Assembly (NCBI GenBank): GCA_002104945.1
Contig: MCFH01000025.1
Span: 685,540-749,539, forward strand
Length of the DNA: 64,000 nt
Direction: 5' to 3'
From: Piromyces finnis finn
Lineage: Eukaryota > Fungi > Neocallimastigomycota
The notes beneath the pieces are model-generated. The model made no database searches and was not told the origin of the DNA. It was given only the letters and a program-made list of their open reading frames with translations. Both the position numbers and the translations under genes were made by a program. Shown in pieces: positions 38,701 to 47,986 of the stretch; the first letter of the stretch is position 1, and every line of letters begins with the position of its first letter.

Positions 38701-39652
38701 AGAAGCACCGGGGTTCGAACCCGTGACATTCCCTCTACACCATCCATGCCATCCGCGCTCGCCGCGTCAGGACGGGTCCCGTCCCTTACGAATGATGTTT
38801 TTGTGTCCAATTTATGGACACCCCGAGGGTTAGGCGACTTACCTGCGTTTTTCATTTCTAATTCGAAAATAAATTCTTTTAATAAATTAAAGAATTTATT
38901 ATATAAAATATGGTTATAATGAATTTTAAAATTTAAAAATAATGAATTTTTAATGCTAAACTATTAAAAAATAATTATTTTTAATAATAAATTTACTTCT
39001 TTTAAATATAATATTTGAATATTATATAAAATATTGTAAATAATTATTATTAAACAATAATTTAAATAAAATAAAATATGTTTTTTAAGAATTTTTAATA
39101 ACACTAACCTAATTAAAACTAAGCTAACGTAAGAACTAACTATAAAGCGTTAGTATTGTAAAAGGTTTATTATAATATTAGTTAATAGGTTATTAAATTA
39201 GTTAATTAAGTTAGTTATTACCTCTCTATACGAGTTAATAACTAAATAAAGTTTTATAAAAAATAATAAAAGAAGGAAAATAAATATTATAACACTAAAA
39301 TAAATATAAACACTTATATAAATATTTTATGAAATAACTTTTACTTAAATAATTATATTTTAATTATATCTTTTATTTATTAATTATAATTATCTACATT
39401 AATTATTATTATAGTTATTAATTTACTTTAATACTAACGCTAAAGTATTTAACGTTAGTTTTGACTATACTATTTAACTATATGAGTTTATTTTCTTTAC
39501 CACTTGATTGGGTAAAGCAAATAAACTTCCTATTTAATTAATAACCATTAATATATGGTTATGCATATATTTGGCCAATAAATGGTGACCAGAATATATG
39601 GTTTCAATTGAAATATTTGTGGGCAAACTTATGGCCACAAATATTTCTTACA
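32753..39652 (-). mobile_element. Element A: full-length Ty3/gypsy chromovirus-type LTR retrotransposon, self-priming
   Basis: 496-bp LTRs at 32753-33248 and 39157-39652 with no differences noticed. TSD ATAAT (32748-32752 / 39653-39657). PPT AGGGGGGCAT next to the 3' LTR. 11-nt non-tRNA PBS at 39146-39156. Confidence 0.96.
33270..38855 (-). CDS. Element A single gag-pol polyprotein (coiled coil, Gag, PR, RT, RNase H, IN, chromodomain-like C-terminus)
   Basis: 1861 aa ORF with YDTGS (PR), DYRRLN/LDLKSAY/MPFGLTNAP/VYLDD (RT), ECDAS/ELLAI (RH), H-H-C-C and TDRGVQF (IN), GPFKV, and a terminal KIMNARRKKDNYQYLATFSD..EWV. Confidence 0.95.
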   Translation of the reverse strand: MKNAGKSPNPRGVHKLDTKTSFVRDGTRPDAASADGMDGVEGMSRVRTPVLLESTEVESNQNLQVQQGDSMPAPVDPSFFFTNNSEVNPMQHIEVLLNRWVSEISSQFASMGNRLGAMEEQLRGIEVYKSEINDALQQKFVEVDQRLEANESASQVSLEELHAVENAFTAEHEERLQDHQQVLNNQETLYRQSSAFVSYKKELEEEMARLREQRNALEEREKLFEAKVEAMNRRAEARAHERTSYQTGGTGNPHGAGTSSSTNPTEYSEDGDVKMFDWRVHRYEEKVPMFDNNGIDLEGFQEKCLRHFKRYPYDYGNDEKAKVSFIEDHLGGKVLRWYRLRERTLQRRNPDAERLFLHLQDKFPPESPHELCKSKLLKLTHEWGKAYDYLEEFNELTETLGLPENVRRQVLIQQVRPSVREAFYDIPEQERTLETLSEVLLKCDDHQAVFRNETIEKYDKRDRQTTIMALLDITDPCRPSRWAELKQKNNKPNNKPKVEQTNTQAYAKNNNGIKERRESLNKSSFRRSSSFQPRQGPSSMGNNPLPKAMASQTTVNNSYYSQNQLVAEINARSNPRDIKRVEVLYDTGSTTNLIHPNLAKKLGLKVVDKPAIFRTVNGDIELKQFSDDLQLKLWLTPSGEQEAKPYCFNTSCHLSDNMPEMIIVGLGFMDEHFIYRGYDKDAQVRYFVVDNDKDKGHTNSYGVNGGNIYYCTQLSPITTVTNAKARRPLVTVTAENIEAEIVGNGSHKATKETRNGSSGGLASSSNLEKTCVSVGLVQSANLEKTCVSGGLTRSSDLEKNPVSVGLVQSVDLEKKCDSGGLAFESNLEKTCVSVGLVQESNLEKNHIYVGLVQEENSNENQPTPEEIVEKYYHNFKEAFNEEIANQLPEHRPYDCKIDLEPDASLHKGPIYPFNPEEEKALKEYIEENLAKGFIRKSESPAGYPVLFVPKKSGERRLCTDYRRLNKVTVRNSFPLPLISQVFEAMKGATIFSKLDLKSAYNLVRIREGDEYKTAFSTKFGHYEYLVMPFGLTNAPATFQGFINTVLAEEINDCCQVYLDDIIIYSKSLEEHVGHVKRVLQKLIDNRLVAKLAKCEFHKEELAFLGHVVGKYGIKTDPEKLKAVASWPQPTNIKELQSFLGFCNYYRKFIKDFSKIARPLYAMTSKKVQFLWNEERIQAFEKLKEMLLSPPVLAYPDHDRQFIVECDASNYAVGGVLSQLGDDNELHPVYYYSKKLTKAEINYSITEKELLAIRNAFIEWRHLLMGAKHKVLVYSDHRNLLFATKPQLLTARQARWQELFAAYNFEIIYRPGKMNGRADILSRMVSPEQVQLEMEKASLLRPEQVKEFPPVEEECYAVLEVSFVGELKQAYNTDELAREIRDGLDAKRGHKLIKKKWLMVNGLIVRKDAPERTYVPKVLRETIIKLNHDSETAGHLGKDKTYDLIARNYYWPKMKDDIAGYIKACTICCTQKDNRHKPYGSAARVKVADLPWQEVEIDFLTDLPIKERRKPGSSPSEPPEVTRRGCIMVCSDKLTKMIHLVGFRSMPTAKETALAYLQHVFKLHGCPKSVTTDRGVQFTSKLWKDIMGFFGVEVNLATTGHHETVGQVERNNSYVSMYLRCFVKTFDDDEWLKYLYLAEFCYNNAVHSSTKQSPFLALYNYQVHMNPQDSELVHSLGEAPILDSFAHNLGNLKHMLDISRTRFLDHLDHRRELNYPKIRLLDLVWLRKPENYNPLPFYKLQARKYGPFKVIGIDESKLNYRLDISKSPFPNVYPVFHISELEPYHNKPEELTPAPVGYQKIIKIMNARRKKDNYQYLATFSDFRQEWVDADIIDKNSHYDKLLKEFQDKCYQEFMVSVQNPT

Positions 39653-39662
39653 ATAATTTTTG

Positions 39663-42600
39663 TGTAATAATTATTATATATTTAATAATAATTATTATCT
39701 ACAATATAATAATACAAATCGTAATATGTATTATTAAATTGAGAAGTTTCTTAATAGTAAATAAAAATGAATACTTATCTTAAAGAGTTTATTATAAGTG
39801 AATTATAATAACAAACACAAAATATTAAGACTATCTTTAATGTAAATATTTTTTATGAATATAGTTTTTGAAAGGGTTATTTATTATAATTGTCTTAAAA
39901 TAATAACTCTGGATTCTTTAGTGGAATTCCAGAGTCCTTATATTTATAATTTTTTGATAATTTAAAGTTTAATAAAGAATTTCTAATCTTAACAAATAAT
40001 CTTTTTAGGAAAAGACTAGAAGAAAAACCTAAAAAGATATTCGATTGATAACTAATATATCAATCATCGTAATATTAAGTAAAACCGATTAAAATTCGGA
40101 AAAACCTTAATATCCGATTGTCCTAATATGTATTTATATTTTCTAATTGTTTCTATAAGTTATTTCAAGATACGATACATAAATATAAAATACAAACGTA
40201 AAATAAAATATATAATGTTTCTTATAAAATGTAATACAAAAATTATTAATTAAAAAATAAATGAATGTTTACTATTATTTTAAATATATTACTAAATTAA
40301 ATAAATAAATAATTAATATAGTAATTAAATAAATTTTAAATTAAGTAAATGAATAATTAATATCAATATAGATAAATGTTTATAGTAATTTAAATGAATG
40401 TATGCTAATAGTTTAAATAAATAATTAATTTAATAATTAAAAAATAATTAAATAAGAATTAATTTATACAAAAAATAATTATTAATTCTTACATTGCTCC
40501 CTTTTAAAAAAAACATTGTTATTCCAGTTCTGGATTTCTCTTTGTGTAAGGTTCCAATTGTGAAATATGAAATACCGGATGAATATGTAGGTTTTCAGGT
40601 AATTCAAGCCGGTAATTCATTCTATTTCTCTCCTCGACGATTTTAAAAGGACCAAGATATTGAGATGAAAGTTTTTTAGCGGGTTCGTTGGTAAAGTAGT
40701 ATCTTTTCAACCATACTAGATCATCAACTTTAAATTTTGGCCCACTCAATTTCCTGTAATCACCGTATTTTTTAAAATCTTCTTTTGCCTTATTTAAGTG
40801 TTGTTGTAGAGCATTGAAATGAGACGACCAGTCTCTAGTGAGATTCGAAGCATTGTCCTTGAGTAACGATGGAGGTGATTCAATAACAAAATTTGGGTGA
40901 AACCCATAATTGGCAAAAAACGGTGATATGCCTAAGGATTTGTGAAGTGAGTTATTGTACGCAAGTTCACAGAGAGGTAGATAGAAACACCAATCACTTT
41001 GAGCAGAGGAGCAGTAGCATCTAAGATATTGTTCTATGACCGAATTTATCCTTTCAATCTGGCCATTTGACTGTTGGTGATGGGCTGTGGCTAATCTTGG
41101 TTTTATATGTAGAGATGAACATAAAGATGTCCAAAATTCTGAGGAAAATTGGGAACCGTGATCAGAAATGATCATGTTCGGAAATCCATGGTAACGGAAC
41201 ACATTAAGTAAAAGGAGTTTGGCAGTAAGGTCGGCAGAAGGGACATCAGCACAAGGCACTAAGTGAACCATTTTTGTTAAATGGTCAGCAGTTACCATGA
41301 TACATGTGCAATTTTGCGAACTAGGTAGATAGACAATAAAATCTACACCAATAACTTCCCAAGGTTTATTTGGAATGGGCAGTGGCAGGATTTTCCCATA
41401 CGGTTTGTGCCTGCGGGTCTTACATCTACAACATATATCGCATGAAAGGACATAATTTATAACGTCCTTTTTCAAATTTGGCCACCAATAGTAACGTTTA
41501 ATTTTTTCTAGGGTCTTATCAATCCCTTGATGGCCATTAATTGGTGAATCATGGAATGACTTAAGTATTTTTGCCTTGAGAGGTGAGGGAACGATAATAC
41601 GATTTTGAAAATGGAGCACACCATTGATGACGGTGAAAAGAGAACTTTTGACCTTGCCAGAGTTGTCTTTAATTTTTTGAAAAGTTTCCTTGCAAAATTT
41701 ATCTGTTTTTTGGAATTGAATTAAATGACTAATGTTATCATCTGTAGTACAGCAAAACACATCATCTTCAATTATTCTATGGCAGTCGTTATCATGCTTT
41801 ATCTTGTAGTCTGATCTCCTTGATAAGGAGTCAGGTTTTCCACCCCTGGAACCAGGTCTATAAGAGATTCTATAGTCAAATCTTGATAGAAACATGCTCC
41901 AGCGGATTTGTCTTTGACTTAATAGTTGTGGTTTTTTGAAGTATAAAAGGTTTCTATGATCAGTAATAACTTGGACAGGAAATTTAGCACCCTCTAAGTG
42001 GTGCCTCCATGTATCGAACGCGGTAATAATGGCAAGGAGTTCCTTGTCATATATGGTGTAGTTACACTCAGCGTTATTTAATGAACGAGAATAAAATGCA
42101 ATGGGGTGTAAGAGATTATCATTATTACTTACCTGTGAAAGGATACATCCTATTGCAAAATCACTGGCGTCTGTTTCTACCACAAATTCCTTCTCTGGAT
42201 CAGGAAAAATGAGTATTTCATTAGTTAAAAAGGATTCTTTGAGCTTTGAAAAAGCAGTAGCAGCGATATTATCCCAATTAAACACAGAATTTTTTCTCAA
42301 GAGTTTGCGAAGTGGGTCCATTTTTTCAGCAAAATTTTTTATAAACCTTCTGTAGAAATTACAGAGTCCTAGAAAGCTTTGAAGTTCTTTAATGTTTTTT
42401 GGTGTAGGCCATTCTAATATAGATTTCACTTTGTTTTTATCCATTAGGAGTCCATTAGTAGAGACAGTAAAGCCTAAAAAGGTGGTTTCCTTTACGTGAA
42501 AATCGCACTTTTCTAATTTTACATATAACCCATTATCGATTAAGGCTTTAAGAATTGTTCGAACATGACTAACATGATCCTTAAGGTTAGGAGAATATAT

Positions 42601-44752
42601 TATAATGTCGTCCAAGTACACCTGGGCAAATGAACCTAAAACTTCCGCGAGAACATCTTGTATGAATCTTTGAAAAACGGATGGTGCATTACGAAGACCA
42701 AAGGGCATCACAAGATATTCGTAATGACCGATAGGAGTTCTAAAAGCCGTGAGATATTCATGGCCTTCTTTAATACGTACAAGGTTGTACGCAGATCTTA
42801 AATCCAATCTGGTAAATATTGAAGCGCCTTTGAAAGATTCAATCATATCGTTTATTCTAGGAATAGGGTAACTGTTTCTAACTGTAATTGCGTTTAGTCG
42901 ACGATAATCGACACATAAACGAAGGCTTCCATCATGTTTCTTTACAAAAAGTACAGGAGCTCCGGCTGGTGACTTCGACTTCCGAATAAAGCCTTTGTTC
43001 AAATTCTCTTTGACATATTCTCTTAAAGTTTTTTGTTCATCGATCGTAAGAGAATATATCGGACCAAAATATAACTGTCCACCTGGAATTAAGTCTATGG
43101 ACATATCGTAGTCCCTATGAGGGGGGAGTACGTCGGCCTTTTGCTTCTGAAACACTGTCGTCAAGTCATAATAATATTTTTTTAGGATTTGAATATTATT
43201 ATTTTCAGCATTATCTTGAAAGCTGTCTAATTCTAAGATAGTAGCACAAACATCCTGGTCGTACAGTTCGTCTTCAGAGATTGAATCCGGGATAATTGAG
43301 TCATTATTCAAACTATTTACCATAGGAGCGGAGATTTCATCAGAATGGTATACAAACTTATTGCCTTTTGCTGAAGGACAGTGTTTACCGCAGTACTTCT
43401 CCAAAAAGTATATTTTGTTAGTCTTATAATTTAAGAAAGGATTATGAATGGAAAGCCAATCACGTCCAAGTATTCCTGAGATTCCCTGAAGAAGCAAGTT
43501 CCCGATGCAGAATTCATATTTTTCTTCATGATCCATAATTCTTAATCTTAATGGTTTGGTTGCCTGCTTAATAATCATACTCTTACCATTGGGTAAATGT
43601 ATATTGATTGGGGATGTCAACCCTACAGTAGGAATTTTATTTGCATTCGCGAAGGTTTTGCAAATAAAACTTCTAGCAGACCCTGAGTCAATAAGAAAGT
43701 TTATTTTTAAGTTTTTAGTTCCTAAGTTCAAAAAACACATAGTAGTTATTGTGTTCTGTTTATCAGGAGTGTAATTAGTAGTAGCAGAAAGAATACTATG
43801 TTTTGCTTTACTCTTTTTATGTCTATGAAATGGGTTTCCATTTTCTGTTTTGTTTAATTCAGCTTTCTTTCTTCCAAATGATTTGCTGCCTTTCTTTTGC
43901 ATTTCGGTATGTTTGTTTCTAATGCAATTTTCCAAAAAACATTTTTTGTCAAGGTTAATTATAATATTTGTAGCTTCAAATAAACTATTTGGCTTATCCA
44001 TTTTATCGTATTCCTCACGTACTCGATCAACGAGTCCTTTACCAATGATGTCAATAAAAACGTCATCTGGCCAACCGATTCTACTTGCCAACCTTCGAAA
44101 TTCAATGGTATATTCAGTAACTTTCCCAAGTTGAAGCTGCTTTAGGTTCCATAACTTATTTATAAGCATATATTTTTGCTTACGTTCGTCTCCGGTATCG
44201 AAGTTATTAAGGAGTAGTTTTTTAAATTCATTAAAACTGAGAGTCCTAAGCGTTCCATCGATCAAAAGGGATAAACCCCACTTTCTAGCAATTCCATTAA
44301 GTTTATTTATAACAAACGCATTTTTTTCTTCGTCGCTAGTAAATGATTTAGGATGATCCTTAAAGAATTCTTCGCTTTGGATTAATGTCTCTAGGACATT
44401 CTCTCTAGTGTTAGCTTCCTTTTCCTTCGATAATACACCGTTCGGAGAGAAGAAAGTGGGGATGAATTCCGTCATGGCTTCGATTAATTTAGAAGTCACA
44501 GTGCTCTTAGGGAATTCATCAGCATTAACTTCAACAGAGTCCTTATCAATACCATTGAGTTCCATTATATTTAAATATAATTGTTATATAATATATATCA
44601 CTAAAAAAAAAATTTTTTTATTAATAAAATTTATATTATATATTTGAATACTTATATTTGTATATTTAAAATCACTATTATAAGAAAATAAACTATATGT
44701 CTTTTAATATTATCACTATATTTAATTATTATTATTATTTGTCTTAAAATTT

Positions 44753-44789
<37 letters not shown>

Positions 44790-44888
44790 TAATTAATTGG
44801 AAATTTAATTTTTTTTTTTTTTAAACTATTTAATTGGCAATTTAATTTTTTTTTTTTTTTTTTTAAAACTATTTAATTGGTAATTTAA

Positions 44889-44919
<31 letters not shown>

Positions 44920-45827
44920 TATTTAATTGGTAATTTAATTTTTTTTTTAATCTAATTGGCTACTTAAAATTTATCTATCTACAGTAGAGTTATTATTGTA
45001 ATAATTATTATATATTTAATAATAATTATTATCTACAATATAATAATACAAATCGTAATATGTATTATTAAATTGAGAAGTTTCTTAATAGTAAATAAAA
45101 ATGAATACTTATCTTAAAGAGTTTATTATAAGTGAATTATAATAACAAACACAAAATATTAAGACTATCTTTAATGTAAATATTTTTTATGAATATAGTT
45201 TTTGAAAGGGTTATTTATTATAATTGTCTTAAAATAATAACTCTGGATTCTTTAGTGGAATTCCAGAGTCCTTATATTTATAATTTTTTGATAATTTAAA
45301 GTTTAATAAAGAATTTCTAATCTTAACAAATAATCTTTTTAGGAAAAGACTAGAAGAAAAACCTAAAAAGATATTCGATTGATAACTAATATATCAATCA
45401 TCGTAATATTAAGTAAAACCGATTAAAATTCGGAAAAACCTTAATATCCGATTGTCCTAATATGTATTTATATTTTCTAATTGTTTCTATAAGTTATTTC
45501 AAGATACGATACATAAATATAAAATACAAACGTAAAATAAAATATATAATGTTTCTTATAAAATGTAATACAAAAATTATTAATTAAAAAATAAATGAAT
45601 GTTTACTATTATTTTAAATATATTACTAAATTAAATAAATAAATAATTAATATAGTAATTAAATAAATTTTAAATTAAGTAAATGAATAATTAATATCAA
45701 TATAGATAAATGTTTATAGTAATTTAAATGAATGTATGCTAATAGTTTAAATAAATAATTAATTTAATAATTAAAAAATAATTAAATAAGAATTAATTTA
45801 TACAAAAAATAATTATTAATTCTTACA
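39663..45827 (-). mobile_element. Element B: full-length Ty3/gypsy (Tf1/sushi-like) LTR retrotransposon, self-priming
   Basis: 831-bp LTRs at 39663-40493 and 44997-45827, apparently identical. TSD TTTTG (39658-39662 / 45828-45832). PPT AAAAGGGAGCAA. 11-nt PBS at 44986-44996. Confidence 0.96.
40519..44565 (-). CDS. Element B single gag-pol polyprotein
   Basis: 1348 aa with a retrotransposon Gag core, IDSGS, VDYRRLN, VYLDD, ETDAS, SDHGSQF and a GPF motif. No chromodomain. Confidence 0.95.
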   Translation of the reverse strand: MELNGIDKDSVEVNADEFPKSTVTSKLIEAMTEFIPTFFSPNGVLSKEKEANTRENVLETLIQSEEFFKDHPKSFTSDEEKNAFVINKLNGIARKWGLSLLIDGTLRTLSFNEFKKLLLNNFDTGDERKQKYMLINKLWNLKQLQLGKVTEYTIEFRRLASRIGWPDDVFIDIIGKGLVDRVREEYDKMDKPNSLFEATNIIINLDKKCFLENCIRNKHTEMQKKGSKSFGRKKAELNKTENGNPFHRHKKSKAKHSILSATTNYTPDKQNTITTMCFLNLGTKNLKINFLIDSGSARSFICKTFANANKIPTVGLTSPINIHLPNGKSMIIKQATKPLRLRIMDHEEKYEFCIGNLLLQGISGILGRDWLSIHNPFLNYKTNKIYFLEKYCGKHCPSAKGNKFVYHSDEISAPMVNSLNNDSIIPDSISEDELYDQDVCATILELDSFQDNAENNNIQILKKYYYDLTTVFQKQKADVLPPHRDYDMSIDLIPGGQLYFGPIYSLTIDEQKTLREYVKENLNKGFIRKSKSPAGAPVLFVKKHDGSLRLCVDYRRLNAITVRNSYPIPRINDMIESFKGASIFTRLDLRSAYNLVRIKEGHEYLTAFRTPIGHYEYLVMPFGLRNAPSVFQRFIQDVLAEVLGSFAQVYLDDIIIYSPNLKDHVSHVRTILKALIDNGLYVKLEKCDFHVKETTFLGFTVSTNGLLMDKNKVKSILEWPTPKNIKELQSFLGLCNFYRRFIKNFAEKMDPLRKLLRKNSVFNWDNIAATAFSKLKESFLTNEILIFPDPEKEFVVETDASDFAIGCILSQVSNNDNLLHPIAFYSRSLNNAECNYTIYDKELLAIITAFDTWRHHLEGAKFPVQVITDHRNLLYFKKPQLLSQRQIRWSMFLSRFDYRISYRPGSRGGKPDSLSRRSDYKIKHDNDCHRIIEDDVFCCTTDDNISHLIQFQKTDKFCKETFQKIKDNSGKVKSSLFTVINGVLHFQNRIIVPSPLKAKILKSFHDSPINGHQGIDKTLEKIKRYYWWPNLKKDVINYVLSCDICCRCKTRRHKPYGKILPLPIPNKPWEVIGVDFIVYLPSSQNCTCIMVTADHLTKMVHLVPCADVPSADLTAKLLLLNVFRYHGFPNMIISDHGSQFSSEFWTSLCSSLHIKPRLATAHHQQSNGQIERINSVIEQYLRCYCSSAQSDWCFYLPLCELAYNNSLHKSLGISPFFANYGFHPNFVIESPPSLLKDNASNLTRDWSSHFNALQQHLNKAKEDFKKYGDYRKLSGPKFKVDDLVWLKRYYFTNEPAKKLSSQYLGPFKIVEERNRMNYRLELPENLHIHPVFHISQLEPYTKRNPELE

Positions 45828-46926
45828 TTTTGGTACACCACATTCAGAAAAATGCAATAAATCCATATATTTGGTGAATGAAATAACCCTTATAATATAT
45901 ATGGATTTAAATATTTTTATTTAATAAATTTATATAACGATAGTAATAATAAGAATGGTAAATTAAATTAAATTAATAACTTATAAATAATTTATTAAAG
46001 TAAAATAAACTTTTTATAATTTAATATAAGGATGATAAAAATATAATTATATAAGGAAGAGAAAGACGCGTATATATATAAAAAAGAAAAGAAGAGTTTT
46101 TAGTTTTTAGTTAGTTTTAGTTAGTTTATATTAGTTATATTATAAATAAAATAAAGATAAGGTGATAATAATAGAAGAATAAATAATATTATTGTTAGAT
46201 TTAGTGAAGGAATTAATAATAATATTAGTTTATTTTCTAAGATTATACCTATTTTTAAAACAAATAATAATATAAAATAATAATAAATAATACTTATAAA
46301 TAATAAAGCTTTTAATAAAAATAATAAAATAATAAACAAAATAATAAAATAATATATAATAAAAAAATATTCATCTAGAATATAAATTTGTTATTTATAA
46401 CTGTTGTAGTGTCCCAAACAATAAAGAAAAAGGTACTTATAATAAAATTCTGTACCAAGTTTTTGGTGGAGAATCCGGGCGTACAACAAGCAAATTTATG
46501 AAAATAGATGAGTAATAGATAGAGATTATACAAAAAAAAAAAAAAATATAAATATATATATATATATATTTATAATAATAATAATAATAATAATAAATTA
46601 TATATAACTATTAAATTATATTATTTTAATTATTTAATTTGAAGAATACACATATTTCCACCAACCGCTTTGGGTAGATCGCGGCTGTTGAATGAAGAAC
46701 TTCTTAGCTAAAGGCCTTCTACACCAAAGTCGATAATATAAGTAGTTCTAAGAATTAAATTTATTAAAATAAAATAGTTTATATAAATATATAAAATATA
46801 CCATAAATTTATAATTAATACGCGTGTTAATAATAATAAAAATATAAAAATATATACAATTAGAAATCACGCGATATAATAAACAGACAAACAATAATAA
46901 GAGTAATATTAGTTCATCTTTGAGAA

Positions 46927-47961
46927 ATGGATTTAACTACTATACGTAAAGAGGTTCCCAAACTTGATAACTATGGGAAGAATGTATGGGAATGGGTAGT
47001 GGATATGAACGACTTTTTGGATCTCTATGATTTAATTGAGCCTAGACAAGTGTATAATTGGGCTATGGCCGCAGTAGAGTCTGATACCAAAGAAGTTGTA
47101 AGAAGGTTAAAAATAAGAAGAAATAATGAAGTCCATTACCCATCACTTAAAGAAATACAAATAGCCATCGAAGAAGATATGAAGATTACTGAGGGAGATA
47201 AATGGACCCTACTTAGAAACATGAATATTGCGGAAGGAGAAACTATAAAAAAGTTTAATTATAGATATCGAAACTTGTATCATAATCTAAGTAGGGAATA
47301 TCAGAAATTAATAACAGTGAAGGAATATAGAGACTCTATTAGTGCTCGTGTCTATCCGTGCTCCCAGGTAGGAATGTCTGATTGTGAGAACCTACAAGAA
47401 GCTTACAAAATTGCTGAACGAGCTGAAAATACTGAGAGAGAAATTAAAGAGAAAAACAATGAACAAGTTAACCAAAGGAGAGGAACAAGGAATGTTACTT
47501 TAGCTGCCCAAAGTGATAATGTTCTATTAAATCATCCGATTTATACTGGACTTATGAATGATAATAAAGAGGATTCGCATAATTCATATTACGACAGGAA
47601 GAATATTAACCAGAACTTTAGATATCCATATTTCAATAGAACTAGGACTAGCTACCGCAGAGTTTATGGAGGACAGTCTAATTGGAGCAACACCAATGGT
47701 TATGTAAATCAACAGAATGATAATAATAGTAGAATGGGTTTAATCCCTTATCAAGGCATGAATAAATCTTATTCTACAACAAGAAATGCGGAAAAAAGGG
47801 TATCCCTGATAGAACCAACCAATGCTATTCCAAGGGAGATTGATGAAAGAAATTCCGATATAAAATGTTTCAGATGTGGACAAAATGGACACAAACGTAT
47901 AGAATGTCCATATACTTTTAAACAACTTGCCGAAATGGAAGAAAAGGGGCTTTTAAACTAA
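46927..47961 (+). CDS. Element C Gag with CCHC zinc knuckle
   Basis: CFRCGQNGHKRIEC at the C-terminus; 344 aa. Confidence 0.9.
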   Translation: MDLTTIRKEVPKLDNYGKNVWEWVVDMNDFLDLYDLIEPRQVYNWAMAAVESDTKEVVRRLKIRRNNEVHYPSLKEIQIAIEEDMKITEGDKWTLLRNMNIAEGETIKKFNYRYRNLYHNLSREYQKLITVKEYRDSISARVYPCSQVGMSDCENLQEAYKIAERAENTEREIKEKNNEQVNQRRGTRNVTLAAQSDNVLLNHPIYTGLMNDNKEDSHNSYYDRKNINQNFRYPYFNRTRTSYRRVYGGQSNWSNTNGYVNQQNDNNSRMGLIPYQGMNKSYSTTRNAEKRVSLIEPTNAIPREIDERNSDIKCFRCGQNGHKRIECPYTFKQLAEMEEKGLLN

Positions 47962-47986
47962 ACTCTGGGAGAAGGACAACTCCCAG
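47952..47986 (+). promoter_or_regulatory. -1 programmed ribosomal frameshift signal
   Basis: T TTA AAC heptamer in the gag frame (47952-47958), a 6-nt spacer, then hairpin CTGGGAG-AAGGACAA-CTCCCAG. pol is in the -1 frame and is open across the site. Confidence 0.85.

Noticed and set aside
34102-38919. Plus-strand ORFs inside element A, and similar ones inside B, C, the LINEs and hexokinase
   Set aside because: Antisense shadows of real coding sequence with no independent motifs.
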